The position numbers and the translations under genes were made by a program. The notes under the pieces are model-generated. The model was not told where the DNA came from. It was given only the letters and a program-made list of their open reading frames with translations, and searched no databases. Shown here piece by piece: positions 12,464 to 24,034 of a DNA stretch of 64,000 nucleotides (its first letter is position 1; each line of letters opens with the position of its first letter). The stretch lies in assembly GCF_009914755.1 (NCBI RefSeq), contig NC_060937.1. The stretch is one strand, 5' to 3'. The DNA comes from the human T2T-CHM13v2.0 reference genome, Homo sapiens.

Positions 12464-12849
12464 CCCATCTTTATAAAGAGACCTAGGAGACATGGTGTTC
12501 TGGAAGAAAGAGAAAAAGATACTTGCTTGGCCTCCAAGCTAGGTCACTTGGAGCAAAATGAGTCAGTCTACAAGGAAATTTTTTTATATAATTGCATAAT
12601 AGAATGCACATTTCTATTCTTCTGCTTGTAGCATTTTAACACTTCAGAATTTTTGACCAGAAATAATATGAACATATCTCGTTACACTGCCACTGGAGTG
12701 CTTCATTCTATTTGGAGCCCAAATTTCCCATGAAATTGAACACTTAAAACTCCAAAAATATACTAAGATTTCTCTTTTCTTAGTATATACATGTAATAGA
12801 AGAGATGTAATCTCTACAAAATACAACTTCATTTTAAATAAATAAAATT

Positions 12850-13050
12850 AACATTTGTGTGGCACTTTCTATGTGATTTTATAAATATCTCATTTAAGCC
12901 TCATTCTGTTAAGTATTATTATACTCACTTCAGATATGAGGAAACAAATTCAGCAATATTAAGTAATATGTACAGATAGTGAGAGATGAAATGGGGTAGA
13001 AACTCAAGTATGGCTAATTCCAAATCCCACATTCTTTCTACTATGCTATG
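12850..13050 (-). mobile_element. MIR SINE
   Basis: atctcatttaagcctca ... cacttcagatatgaggaaacaaattcagcaatattaagtaa. Confidence 0.75.
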
Positions 13051-13104
13051 TTACTCCATATCAAAGTATAAATTAGTGGCTATCATGAAAGCTAAACTTT
13101 ACCA

Positions 13105-13335
13105 GGAAGTATGGGTGTTAGATGCTGGACTAGGCATTTTGAGTTATTTCATTTAAGTCTCATAATAACTCTAAAAGGCAAGAATGCTACTATCTAAATT
13201 TTACAAATTAGGCAACCAAGGCTAAGAAACACTAAAGAATTTTCCCAGTTCACACAGCTAACAAGGAGCAGAAGACAGACTCACACTCCAGTTTGATTGA
13301 CATAAAGTGCATGGTCCTTACCACTAGACTATATT
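13105..13335 (-). mobile_element. MIR SINE
   Basis: atttcatttaagtctcataataactcta ... attttacaaattaggcaaccaaggct ... cccagttcacacagctaa. Confidence 0.75.
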
Positions 13336-13569
13336 GCTTTTTGGTTGTAGGGAAAAATCTTACATTAATTAATTCAAACACAACAGAACTCGAATTTTGT
13401 TGTAAAAGCTGAGAGCTTGCAAATCAAAACTGGAAAAATATCAGTAAAGATATATTGATCGAGAGAGGCATGCCAAAGAAATTAAAATCTAAATTACTCC
13501 ATATAGACCAAATTCTCGATTTTAATAATTCAAATATCAGATTGAAGCCATTCTTACTACCCTACTTCC

Positions 13570-14212
13570 TTCCCAGCTTCCTCTCCATTTCTTCCTGAAA
13601 GACTTGTCTATGTTTGCATCAATTTCTCCTCTAATTTGTTTTCCTAAACTAGCTCCCTCACCTATTTCCACCAAGCTGCCTCTGTCAAGATCATCAGACA
13701 CCCCCAGGTTATTCTACTCAATCATCACATTTTCAGGACTCATCTTATCTGAGCCATTAGCAGTGTATGCACAAGTGTCCCTCTGTCCCAGATATGCTTT
13801 CAGGGCATGCCATTCTGCTGACTTGATTCCTATCTAACCAGTCACTCCTTTTCAGTTCTTTATACGGGTGCCCTTTCTTTTTCCCATCTCTTAATTTTGG
13901 AGCAACCTAAGGTCAGTCATTGAAACTCTTCCCTTCTCTAATGACACGTATTTCCTTGGTGAGCTCATCCGGTTTTATTGCTTTAAATATTATCTATATG
14001 CTAATGTCTTCCTGATTTATATCTTCAGGCCAGACTTCTTTCCTGAATTCCAGCGTTGTAGCCAACTGCCTATGCAGTAACTTCTCTGGTACAACTAACA
14101 AGAGATCTCAAACTTATCACATCTAAAACTGAGCACATCTCTTCTTCTACCCCCAGCCTCTAGAAAATCACTAACACATATTAAGTGATCAATAAAGCTG
14201 TTGGACTGAATA
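13570..14212 (+). mobile_element. L2 LINE fragment
   Basis: Pyrimidine-rich L2 hallmarks (ctcatcttatctgagc..cagtgt; ctttaaatattatctatatgctaatg; atctcaaactt..catctaaaactgagc) and a caataaa..tgaat end. Confidence 0.8.
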
Positions 14213-14588
14213 GATACAATCCAGCCAGATGCCAATGAGTCTCAAAAGAAGAGTCACAGCCATACACCCTGCAACCAGCAGCCCTACCTTGTTAAAAAGA
14301 GTCATCCAAATCCATTACAAAACCACAGTAGTTATTTTACTACAGTCATGAAAGTTGGAAGTTTCTATAGAACTGGAAATTATGTAATATAAGGTAATCA
14401 CAAAGAATAATCATTTTCTGTTGTATCATAATATATAACATCAACAAGATCTCATTATAATTCATGCGCATTACTACATGGATTCTGGGATATCTCACCT
14501 CAAATCATCTAAGATATTACTCGCTTATCCAGAACAGCCTACGAGAAGCAAAGTTTAATTCTCTACTGTACCACTTACAGCTACTACT

Positions 14589-14827
14589 TTTTAAAACAGC
14601 TCTACTGAGGTATAACTTACATGCCATAAAATTCACTCATTTTAATCGTATAATTCAATGATTTTTAGTAAATACATACAATTGGCAACCACCACCACAA
14701 TTCAGTTTTAGAACACTTTCATCACCTTGGAAAGAGTCCTCATGCCTGTTTGCAGTCATGCTATCCTCCTACGTCCAGCCCCAGACAACCACTAATCTAT
14801 CTGTCTTTATGGATTTGCCTTTTTAGA
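14589..14827 (-). mobile_element. L1MB-type 3' end
   Basis: acagctctactgaggtataacttacatgccataaaattcac ... ccagccccagacaaccactaatct. Confidence 0.85.
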
Positions 14828-15002
14828 AAACAGATACTATTTTTAAGGGCCTCTTATGGGATAGATACCTAAGTAAACATTTCACATAGGCTATCTCACT
14901 CCCATAACAACCATAAGGTATCATTATTTGCCCAATTCTAGAGATAACGAATATGAGGTTCAGAGAGGGTAAGACAAGAGTCTCACTTAACTATGTGGGT
15001 TT

Positions 15003-15033
15003 ACAAAAACAAAAAACAAAAAACAAAAAAAAA
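15003..15033. repeat. (CAAAAAA)n low-complexity tract
   Basis: acaaaaacaaaaaacaaaaaacaaaaaaaaa. Confidence 0.8.
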
Positions 15034-15739
15034 CTACCTCTAAAAGCAGGTATCTGAAGATATCTGACAGATAAAACAATGCCATGAATTTGCACAATGC
15101 TATCACCCAAAACAAACAAGGAAGATGAATGGTGTCCTGTTAGGGTTTAATTCCATCACCACCTGCTGTAACACAAATCAGCCCTCCAGACAGCCAAGGA
15201 GGATGGCTCTGTCTGGCTCACACCTGAACTATGGAAATGGAGCTTGCACATGTCCTTAACACTTATTTGAAAAATGAGGACCTTGCTACCTATGATCTCA
15301 AAGATTTGCACATCATTGACCTCCTCGTGCAGCATACATCCACAAAACAGACATGTGGACCATGACCACAGACAGATCCGCACCTGAATTACTATGCCTA
15401 AAAGCTTATAAAGTCATGTTCAAAAATCGGTATAACTCAAGTTAGGGATGTATTTCTATAAGAACTATAATATCTGTTGTATGCCAATACAGAAAATGTG
15501 GGTTACAGTTCTTTGTTTTTTGTTTTAATTGGATAACCATTTAGTTATGGTACATTTACATGTACTATAATCTCTAGTTCTTCAAACCAGTATATTAGAA
15601 AATGTACATCAGACACAGTCTGGTATCAGTGTCATGCTACCACACTGATTTGCAAGGATGAACAATTCTTAGCTTCTTTCATTATTGCTCACTGCTAAAT
15701 TTAAGAAGGAAGACCTCCCATCTTAAAAACAGAGAAGAC

Positions 15740-15986
15740 GGCCGGGCGTGGTGGCTCACGCCTGTAATCCCAGCACTTTGGGAGGCCGAGGCGGGCAGAT
15801 CGCGAGGTCAGGAGATCGAGACCTTCCCGGCTAACACAGTGAAACCCCATCTCTACTAAAAATACAAAAAATTAGCAGGGCGAGGTAGTCCCAGCTACTC
15901 AGGAGGCTGAGGCAGGAGAATGGCGTGAACCCTGGGGGGCGGAGCCTGCAGTGAGCTCCAGCCTGGGCGACAGCGAGACTCCGTCT

Positions 15987-16020
<34 letters not shown>
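15740..16020 (+). mobile_element. Young AluY (Yh3/Yc3 lineage) with two internal deletions
   Basis: Diagnostics gggcgaggt, ggggggcggagcctgcag and gggcgacagcgagac; pure A38 run at 15988-16025; TSD AAAAACAGAGAAGAC at 15725-15739 and 16021-16035 at a TT/AAAA site. Confidence 0.93.
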
Positions 16021-16033
<13 letters not shown>

Positions 16034-17099
16034 ACAATACAGTTTATTTGGGATCTTATTATTGCAGAAACAGATTATCCGTTGTTGAATAAATCATTGA
16101 TAGCAAGTGACTGAAAAAATAGAGTTGAGGACAAAGATGCTCTAAAATGCTACACAATTCTCAGCTCCTATAGACACCTATAGCTTTGGTAACTGCCAGG
16201 AGAATAAAGATCAGGAAGAGCCATAGTAATCCTTCAGGCTGAAAATCAAGATGGAGGCCCCCCATAAGCGGGTCCTAAGAGTCCCACTGCCTGTTACTGC
16301 CAAGAATGAAGTCACTCAGTAGCAGACTCGCAGCTCCTTATGCTTTGTGCAGCCAAGGCTGCTCCTTAGCAACCAATGTCGACAACTGGGTTTCCAAGGA
16401 AACCAGAAAGCCCAATTTATAAAACTATGAAACAAAGCAACTGTAAAGGCAACACTAGACACAGAAGGTAACTCTATTCTTACCATTGCTACTGAATTTC
16501 TGCCAGTGAAGTGGTACAAATATTTTATTTCTAAATGTTTAAGGGGGGAAAAACCCAATCTTTAAAGTAGACCACATTACTCCCTGACCTCCACATCTTT
16601 CTGTAGCAGGATGGCAAATACATTTTTAGGATTCAAATGAGGGATAGCATCAAAAATTTGTGTCTCAAAAAAATTAGATGGGTTATTGAAGGTGAAGAAT
16701 ATTTTCAGAATCATCTGCGTGGTTTTAAATTCCTTCCAGATCACAAGGATAATTCTATTGACTCTGCTCATGTATAAAACAAGTAGATATATTTGCCAGG
16801 CTCTTTTCCATTAGTTCTGATACATAATTACTATGGCTTCCTGAATAACACACTTTTTATCACGCAGGGGGTAATAGAAGCACAGAGTTAGGGGAAAATA
16901 TGAATGAGGATGAAATAAATAAGGCAGAGATATTACTTGTATGCGACATCTGAGTATTTTGGGAAATCGAGCATATGTCAGATGCCACCAACTGCCTTAT
17001 AATTTAGGGCTCCCAGACAATTTAAAAAAGAGAAGTAAAGAACTATTTCTATGAAAAATTTCTCTCTATTGACTGCCTCTTAAGATAGATCATTACTTC

Positions 17100-17235
17100 T
17101 TTACTGGAGAGCCTAGGGTGAATTATTTAACCTATGAGCCTCAAATTCTTGTCTGCAAAATGTGCATGAAATGAAGAAGAGTTAAGTGAGATGATATGTA
17201 TGATAGCTTAGCTACAGTGTAGCACTAAGAAATGC
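17100..17235 (+). mobile_element. MIR SINE
   Basis: ttatttaacctatgagcctcaaattcttgtctgcaaaatg ... gttaagtgagatgatatgt. Confidence 0.7.
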
Positions 17236-17242
17236 TAGTGTT

Positions 17243-17603
<361 letters not shown>

Positions 17604-18504
17604 TTAAAAAAATCTGCAAGATTATTTTTCTTAAGAGTCAAAAGAATGAATAGAAATCACTGCACAAAAAGTGTTTCACTGTGAGAAAATTATGTTAAAA
17701 AATGTATGAGGAGAAATACCAAATGAGGTAAGGTTACCCATTCAGCATGTTAATAATGTAAAAGATGCCCTATTTCTCCTGTCTCCTTGACTAGGTGGTC
17801 CTTGCACCAGGAATTTATGGGCACTTTCACAATTATCATGGATTTTATTTTTAAATATCATCTTCATTTTCCCAGTCTTCCTGACAGAATAAAAACTGTT
17901 CCTGAAAACTGCTGACCACTCAGTTCTCAAAAATAACTTGAGAATTAATGCAACTAGTCATTTGCTGAATTCCTGAAAAAGCTCTGATTGAGCTTGAGTT
18001 CTCCTTCCATCTCTGCTATTGTATGTCCTTCTGATCACTCCTGAGAACTCTCTCTCTACATATTTTAACAGCAGAAGAACTTTTCAAAACTTGTTTTCCC
18101 TGGCAGAATATAGTAAGACCCTAGTCCTTGTTTCAGTAGTGAAATTCTATTAATTCAATGATTTGTGGACTCCTTACGATCTGCACAGTGCCGTTCCTGA
18201 TGCCAGGGAAGAAGAGAAGTTCCGATTGCACCCGCCACCTAGTACTGATGTGGGTAATATCTACCCATGGGCCCTGGCTCTGCCCTCTGAAGCAATGTAG
18301 ACTGAGTCACCTCTGTCTTCTACATAACGCTTTCCCAAATGTTTGAAGATGGACATTCTGTCCAAAAAAGAATAATGGGCCAAAACTTAGATTATAGTTT
18401 CTTCTTTCACATATTTTAAAGAAATATCAAATGTATCATGTAACCTTTCTGACCTTACCTTCCTTGTCTATATAATAGATATGATAATGCCCCCAGTGGA
18501 AAGC

Positions 18505-18547
18505 TGGAGAGGAGGAGGGAGAGGAGAAAGAGAGGAGGAGGAGAAAA
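18505..18547. repeat. Purine (GA) low-complexity tract
   Basis: ggagaggaggagggagaggagaaaagagaggaggaggagaaaa. Confidence 0.8.
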
Positions 18548-19483
18548 TATAGGTAGAAGAATAGAGAAAGCTGTGCCACTTACTGAGCACTTACTATCAA
18601 TACCTCCCCAAGCACTAATGCTTCTCAACTACCCAGTGGGGTAATCACTCTGTTCTGTCCCAATTTTACAAATGGATACACCAAGACTTGCCCAAGGTGA
18701 CACTGCTATAAAGTCTTAACCACTATTTTATCTCCTTTCTGTATCCCATGCTCTGTATGCCAAAAATTACAACATATTTTGCAAACATAATTATTTTCCA
18801 GCCTAAACAATCACAGCTCCATCAACTACTCATTATGTTACCTTATGTCATTTGGATTCAAAAAGTTCTCAGAAATCTACTTGCCCCCCTTCTAGATGTC
18901 ACCTGGTTTGCCAGCATCCCCCTGGAAATGGGTCACAGAGGCAGTTTGGCAATTTTTGTTAAGAGGGTATTAAATACCAAGTACTCTGCTAGAGCTGGAG
19001 ACAGGAAAGATGAATAGACAGTCCTTGTTCTCAGGCAGCCAGAAGTCTATTAGCACTAAAGACTTGCAAGCAGAAAATATATATATAAAGAAAATTTCTA
19101 TAATAAAGCACAAAGAAGATGTGATGGTAGGAACATGAAAGGAGAGCCAGATGCAGTCAACAGAGCAAACAGATTGATGACTTGGGGGAATGCAGTAAGA
19201 CCACCACCTCCCAAGGGCCATACACGTTTCTACACATGTCCCTGTTCTGTGGTTGCTTTAACAAATCATAACACATGGCTAGCTTATTCTGTATCAAAAC
19301 CTGCATTATTTTCCATGAATTCAGAATATAAACTATTGCCCTGGCCAATGCTGATGTCGGGGACATACATGGAGAATGTGCAATGTCATGAACATTAATA
19401 TGACTTTGTGAGCTCTGATCCTTAACTTTGGTGTGTCATAATCATTGGATTTTCTCACTAACCAGTAATTTAGTAAGATAGTC

Positions 19484-19836
19484 CTCTGGACTGAATATCT
19501 GTGTCTTTCCAAAATTTGTATGTTAAAATCTAATACCCAATACGACGGTATTTGGAGATGGAGCCTTTGGAGTGATTAGGTTTAGATAAAATCATGAGGG
19601 TGGAGCCCCCATCATGGGATTAGTGCTCCTATAAGACAAGGAAGAGACCCCAGAGCTTCCACTCTACGCCATGTGAGGACAGAGCAAACCAAGAAGAGGG
19701 TCCTGAATAAGAACTGAATCTGCCAGCACCTTGATCTTGAACTTCCCAGCCTTGAGAACTATGAGAAACATATGTTTGCTGTTTAAGCCACCCAGTCTAT
19801 ACTATTCTAGAACAGCACCTCAAACAGACTAAGACA
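19484..19836 (+). mobile_element. MLT1A-type solo LTR (ERVL-MaLR)
   Basis: tggactgaat..tgtgtc..ccaaaatt..tatgtt..aatctaat ... ttgatcttgaacttcccagcct ... tttaagccacccagtcta ... gactaagaca. Confidence 0.9.
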
Positions 19837-20855
19837 ATAAGCATACCACTTACATCTTCTTCCAACACACAGACTAAAATGTGGCTCTAGATAATGCTCA
19901 TGGAGTCAAAGTCTGGGGTGTGCTACTGAAGCCCCTCCAAGCCCTTGATGATCTGTTATCTGTAGCAGTTGGGTAGAGTTCTTCAACTGAGTAGAAATCT
20001 CCCACAATTCTTTCATTTCAGCTACCAGAAAGCCATAATATTGTAATGCATTATTATTTAAAGTGGTTTACAAATTGTAGATACTGAAACATTTTCAGGG
20101 TGTCCAGAGGGATGAGCTATCTCCAAATGAAGATGAAGTATCTGAGCACTGGAGCAAGTGGATGGTGAAACACCACCAGTTGCAGTCTAAGTGCAGATGA
20201 AAAGACAAAGTCAGATTAGCTCTTGGTAGACAGACTTTCAAATGGTCTTATTTTATGTGAATTTGAAATAGTGACATAAAACATTAAAAGGTTGTCACTT
20301 TACACTTCCAATTTTACGTAATGTGAATCATTTCCTACAAAAAAAATAGGTCTGATTTTTGTGAATTTTGCATTTTTACTAGGCTTTGGAAGGCAACTCC
20401 CCCTCTAAAATGTGACTCGCTGCACCGAGGGAAGGTTGTATGGAGAAGAGAAAACCGAGGGGGATGGTGGACAGATACTCAGAAAAGGAGCTCTGCAGTC
20501 AGGGAGAGAAAATCAACCAATGAGCAGGACATGGCATCAAAACACTTTACATTAAAGAAGCTGTGTGTCTCAATGGTGCAGAAAAGCCCCTGTGGCTACA
20601 TGGCTAGAGATGAGACCATGTCAGGGCGGTTGTGGAAATGCCTAGAATGTTACTCTGCAAGGTCACAGTAGATCATAGAAAGAGGAAAACAACAGATATG
20701 CTGGCCATGTGCAAATGGAGGCTGATCCAGCAGCTCAAAACTAAAGTTACTGCAAGGGATAACAAAGATGAAAAGAAACTTGTGCATGAGGATATAGAAG
20801 CCTTGAGAATTTAATGAGCTGGGCAAGTAGAGAAAAGGAACATTAAGAAAACCTC

Positions 20856-21172
<317 letters not shown>

Positions 21173-21371
21173 CTAGAGTACTTAGTACCAACAGCATTAT
21201 CAGGAATATTCTGTTTCTTAGAGCAAGGAAAACGAATTGCTACAATTTAAAAAAAAATTGTTTCAAGCATTGAAAGAATGCTCCATCAATAGCGGAAGAT
21301 ATCCAAAAGGCAAGCAATGAAGGGATCATTAAGAGCTATTGACTTGTGATGCTGCACATAGAAGTAGTAGC

Positions 21372-21675
21372 TGTACCTTACCCAATGCTTGGGGAGCCAA
21401 ATATGTTAGATTCTGAATTTTTCAGACTTTAGAAAAATGGTGCAGCACATACATCACACATTACTTATCCTTACCAATGACATCTGGGCAGTGGCCTTTG
21501 ATCAGCATATTAACAATTCTGCAGTGACATACACACATGTTCACATTAGGTGGGATCAATGATGACTATAAAAGCTTCATATTATTTGGGTCAGGTTTTG
21601 CCAACAAAGGAGTTATGGAAAAAAAAATGTCTGTTTCTACAGCTTTTGGAGATTGGGAATAGCACTGAGCTGGTA
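21372..21675. mobile_element. MER46/Tigger4-like DNA transposon remnant
   Basis: ccttacccaatgcttgggg..ccaaatatgtt.gattctgaatttttcagacttt start and a related agcttttggagattgggaat end. Confidence 0.5.
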
Positions 21676-22325
21676 TTTGAGGTAACTGAGAGTTAATGAA
21701 GAAGGAAGGTGAGAAAGGAGAGCAAGGCCTAGCTTGTGCGGATAACCAGTGTTCGGGTGGAGGGCATAAGAAAGGAAAGCCGAAAGGTGAGACAAAGAGG
21801 CAGCAAGAAAACCAAGAGAACACGATATCATGCAGGATCAAAGGAGAGAGAAAAGCAAGCTGGAAATACCTGTGAAATCAAAACATCAAAATATAGGAAT
21901 TAGGGACTCAATAAAGCTTCTGGTCCATGTCGGGTTATCTTACATAGGTCAAGGATATTACACATATTCAAGGGAAATATTCGTCAAGGTCAACAGCATT
22001 TTGAATCTGATCTGTCAGTTTCCTTCAGTGGGCTGAAATTGAATTACTACCTTGCTCCAGGTAGTGCTCCATATTGTACTTCAGTCTACTTCCATCTTGG
22101 TCCCGAAATATTCTATGTAAAAATAATTTATTGATTCTTGCATTATTTCAATATGTAGCCTGCCTTTGATTTTGAGTTTTACTTAACCTAGGACAATGAT
22201 CTACAATATAATGTTTCCAGTCAGATTTCCACAGTTATTTTTGCAACACACACGGCTTCTGCTTTCACTCTCTGTGATGAGGAATCCCTTTCTGTTATTG
22301 GGAAGAAAGAGTTTAGACTTTACAT

Positions 22326-22551
22326 CAGTGGTTCTCAACCAGGGGTTGAGGGGTAATTTTGCCTCCCAGAGGACATTTGGCAATGCCTAAGAAACATTTT
22401 AATTGTCACAACTGGGGGAAGGGAGTAGGGCATTCTGTCATCTAGTGGGTGGTGCTAGATGCTGCTAAACATTCTGCCTTGCACAGGACAGGCCCCAACA
22501 GTACAGACTTATCTGTCCTAAAATGTCAATAGTGCAGGTTCAGAAACTCCG
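22326..22551 (+). mobile_element. MER20 (hAT-Charlie)
   Basis: cagtggttctcaacc ... gacatttggcaatg ... gatgctgctaaacattct ... aaaatgtcaatagtgc..gtt.agaaac. Confidence 0.92.
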
Positions 22552-23552
22552 CTTTCAATAATTACAGACTTCGGTGTTTGGTAGAAGTTTTGCATTATTC
22601 ATATCACAAAATAAGCATTTCAATGCATATAAAAATTCAGCATAACATTAATTAAATGGTTAAAATGAAAGCAACTTTTAAAAGAAAAAAATTAGAATTA
22701 AATAATTATTAACATAATGAAGCTAAGAATTCAATTTGACTCAAGTATATTTCCCTCAAAATTATTCCTTTCCTAACATCTCATTAAATACTGTCTAATA
22801 TCATGAAGGCTGACAAAAACAATGTGAAGTTTGAAGACAGAATCTCATCACTTAGTGCATCACTAAGTAACTTTTTGGCCAAGTTATAAAAAATCTAATG
22901 AAGCAGAAAAAAAAATTCAAAGTCACATATATAAAAAAAATTAAGTATGCTGAAATCTACTTAAAAAGACCACTCATAGTTCAAAAGAATAGAGGGCCAA
23001 TTAGATGGCTTTGAAATGCAAATTTTCATTGTTCCATTTTAAAAGTCATGCCTAAGGTGGCCTTAAAAAGCAGTTATTTCCAAGAAATGGCATTCTTGGA
23101 AAGTTTCATTGTTCGGGAATTCTAACCTGTGTCACGTAGAAAGGACTGGAAACTGTCATCTCTACCTCCTGCACTCAACCCCAGCACACATGCGCATGAA
23201 GGTCTCACAACTTATAAAGGATTGCATCAAACCATTGCTTGAATATGCTCTCTAACTTCTTCTGGGAAAAATAACATTTATTCAACTTAAGTAGAAAAAT
23301 TGTGGAGATAAAACAGAGCGACCGATTTACACAGCCATTCTTTAGAGAAAGTTTTGTTTTCCTTTAACATTTCAATTGCTATAGTCAAGGGGAGTAAGTA
23401 ACAACAACGCTATAAGACCACAATGCTTTGAAGAGAACTTTAGCATCCTGCAAACCAAGGCATTGGATATGCACTATCTAATGAGGGTGGAGAGGCCAGC
23501 AATCCACCCCCTCCAGATAACCTTATCTCCAGCCTTGCTATTTTAGCAATTA

Positions 23553-24034
23553 TGGCTGACCCTTGAAAAACACAGGTTTGAACTGTGCAAGTCAACTTAT
23601 ACGCAGATTTTTTTCAATAGAAATTATGAGTGTGCCTGCCTCTCCTGCCTCCCCTTTCACCTCCTCCACCTCTTCTGACTCTGCCATCTGTGAGACAGCA
23701 AGACCAACACCTCCTCTTCCTCCTCCTCCTCAGCCTACTCAAGGTGAAGGCAGTGAGGATAAAGACCTTTATGGTGATCCACTTCCACTTAACGAATAGG
23801 AGTTATATTTTATCTTAATAATATTTTCTTTTCCCTAGCTTACTTTATTATAAGAATACAGTATATAACATGAAATATGTGTTATGTTAATTGACTGCTT
23901 ATGTTATCGGTAAGGCTTCTGGTCAACAGTAGGCTATTAGTAATTAAGTTTTGGAAGTGTCTAAAGTTATACATATATTTTTAACTGTGTGGGAGGTTGA
24001 TTCCTCTAATCCCATGTTGTTCAAGGGTGAACTG
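23553..24034. mobile_element. Tigger2a/MER28-type DNA transposon
   Basis: TIRs (tgg)ctgacccttgaaaaaca ... tgttgttcaagggtgaactg flanked by TA; internal cctcctcctcagcctactcaa...gatccacttccacttaa. Confidence 0.9.

Noticed and set aside
23563-23799. Pro/Ser-rich ORF
   Set aside because: Lies within the Tigger2 element.
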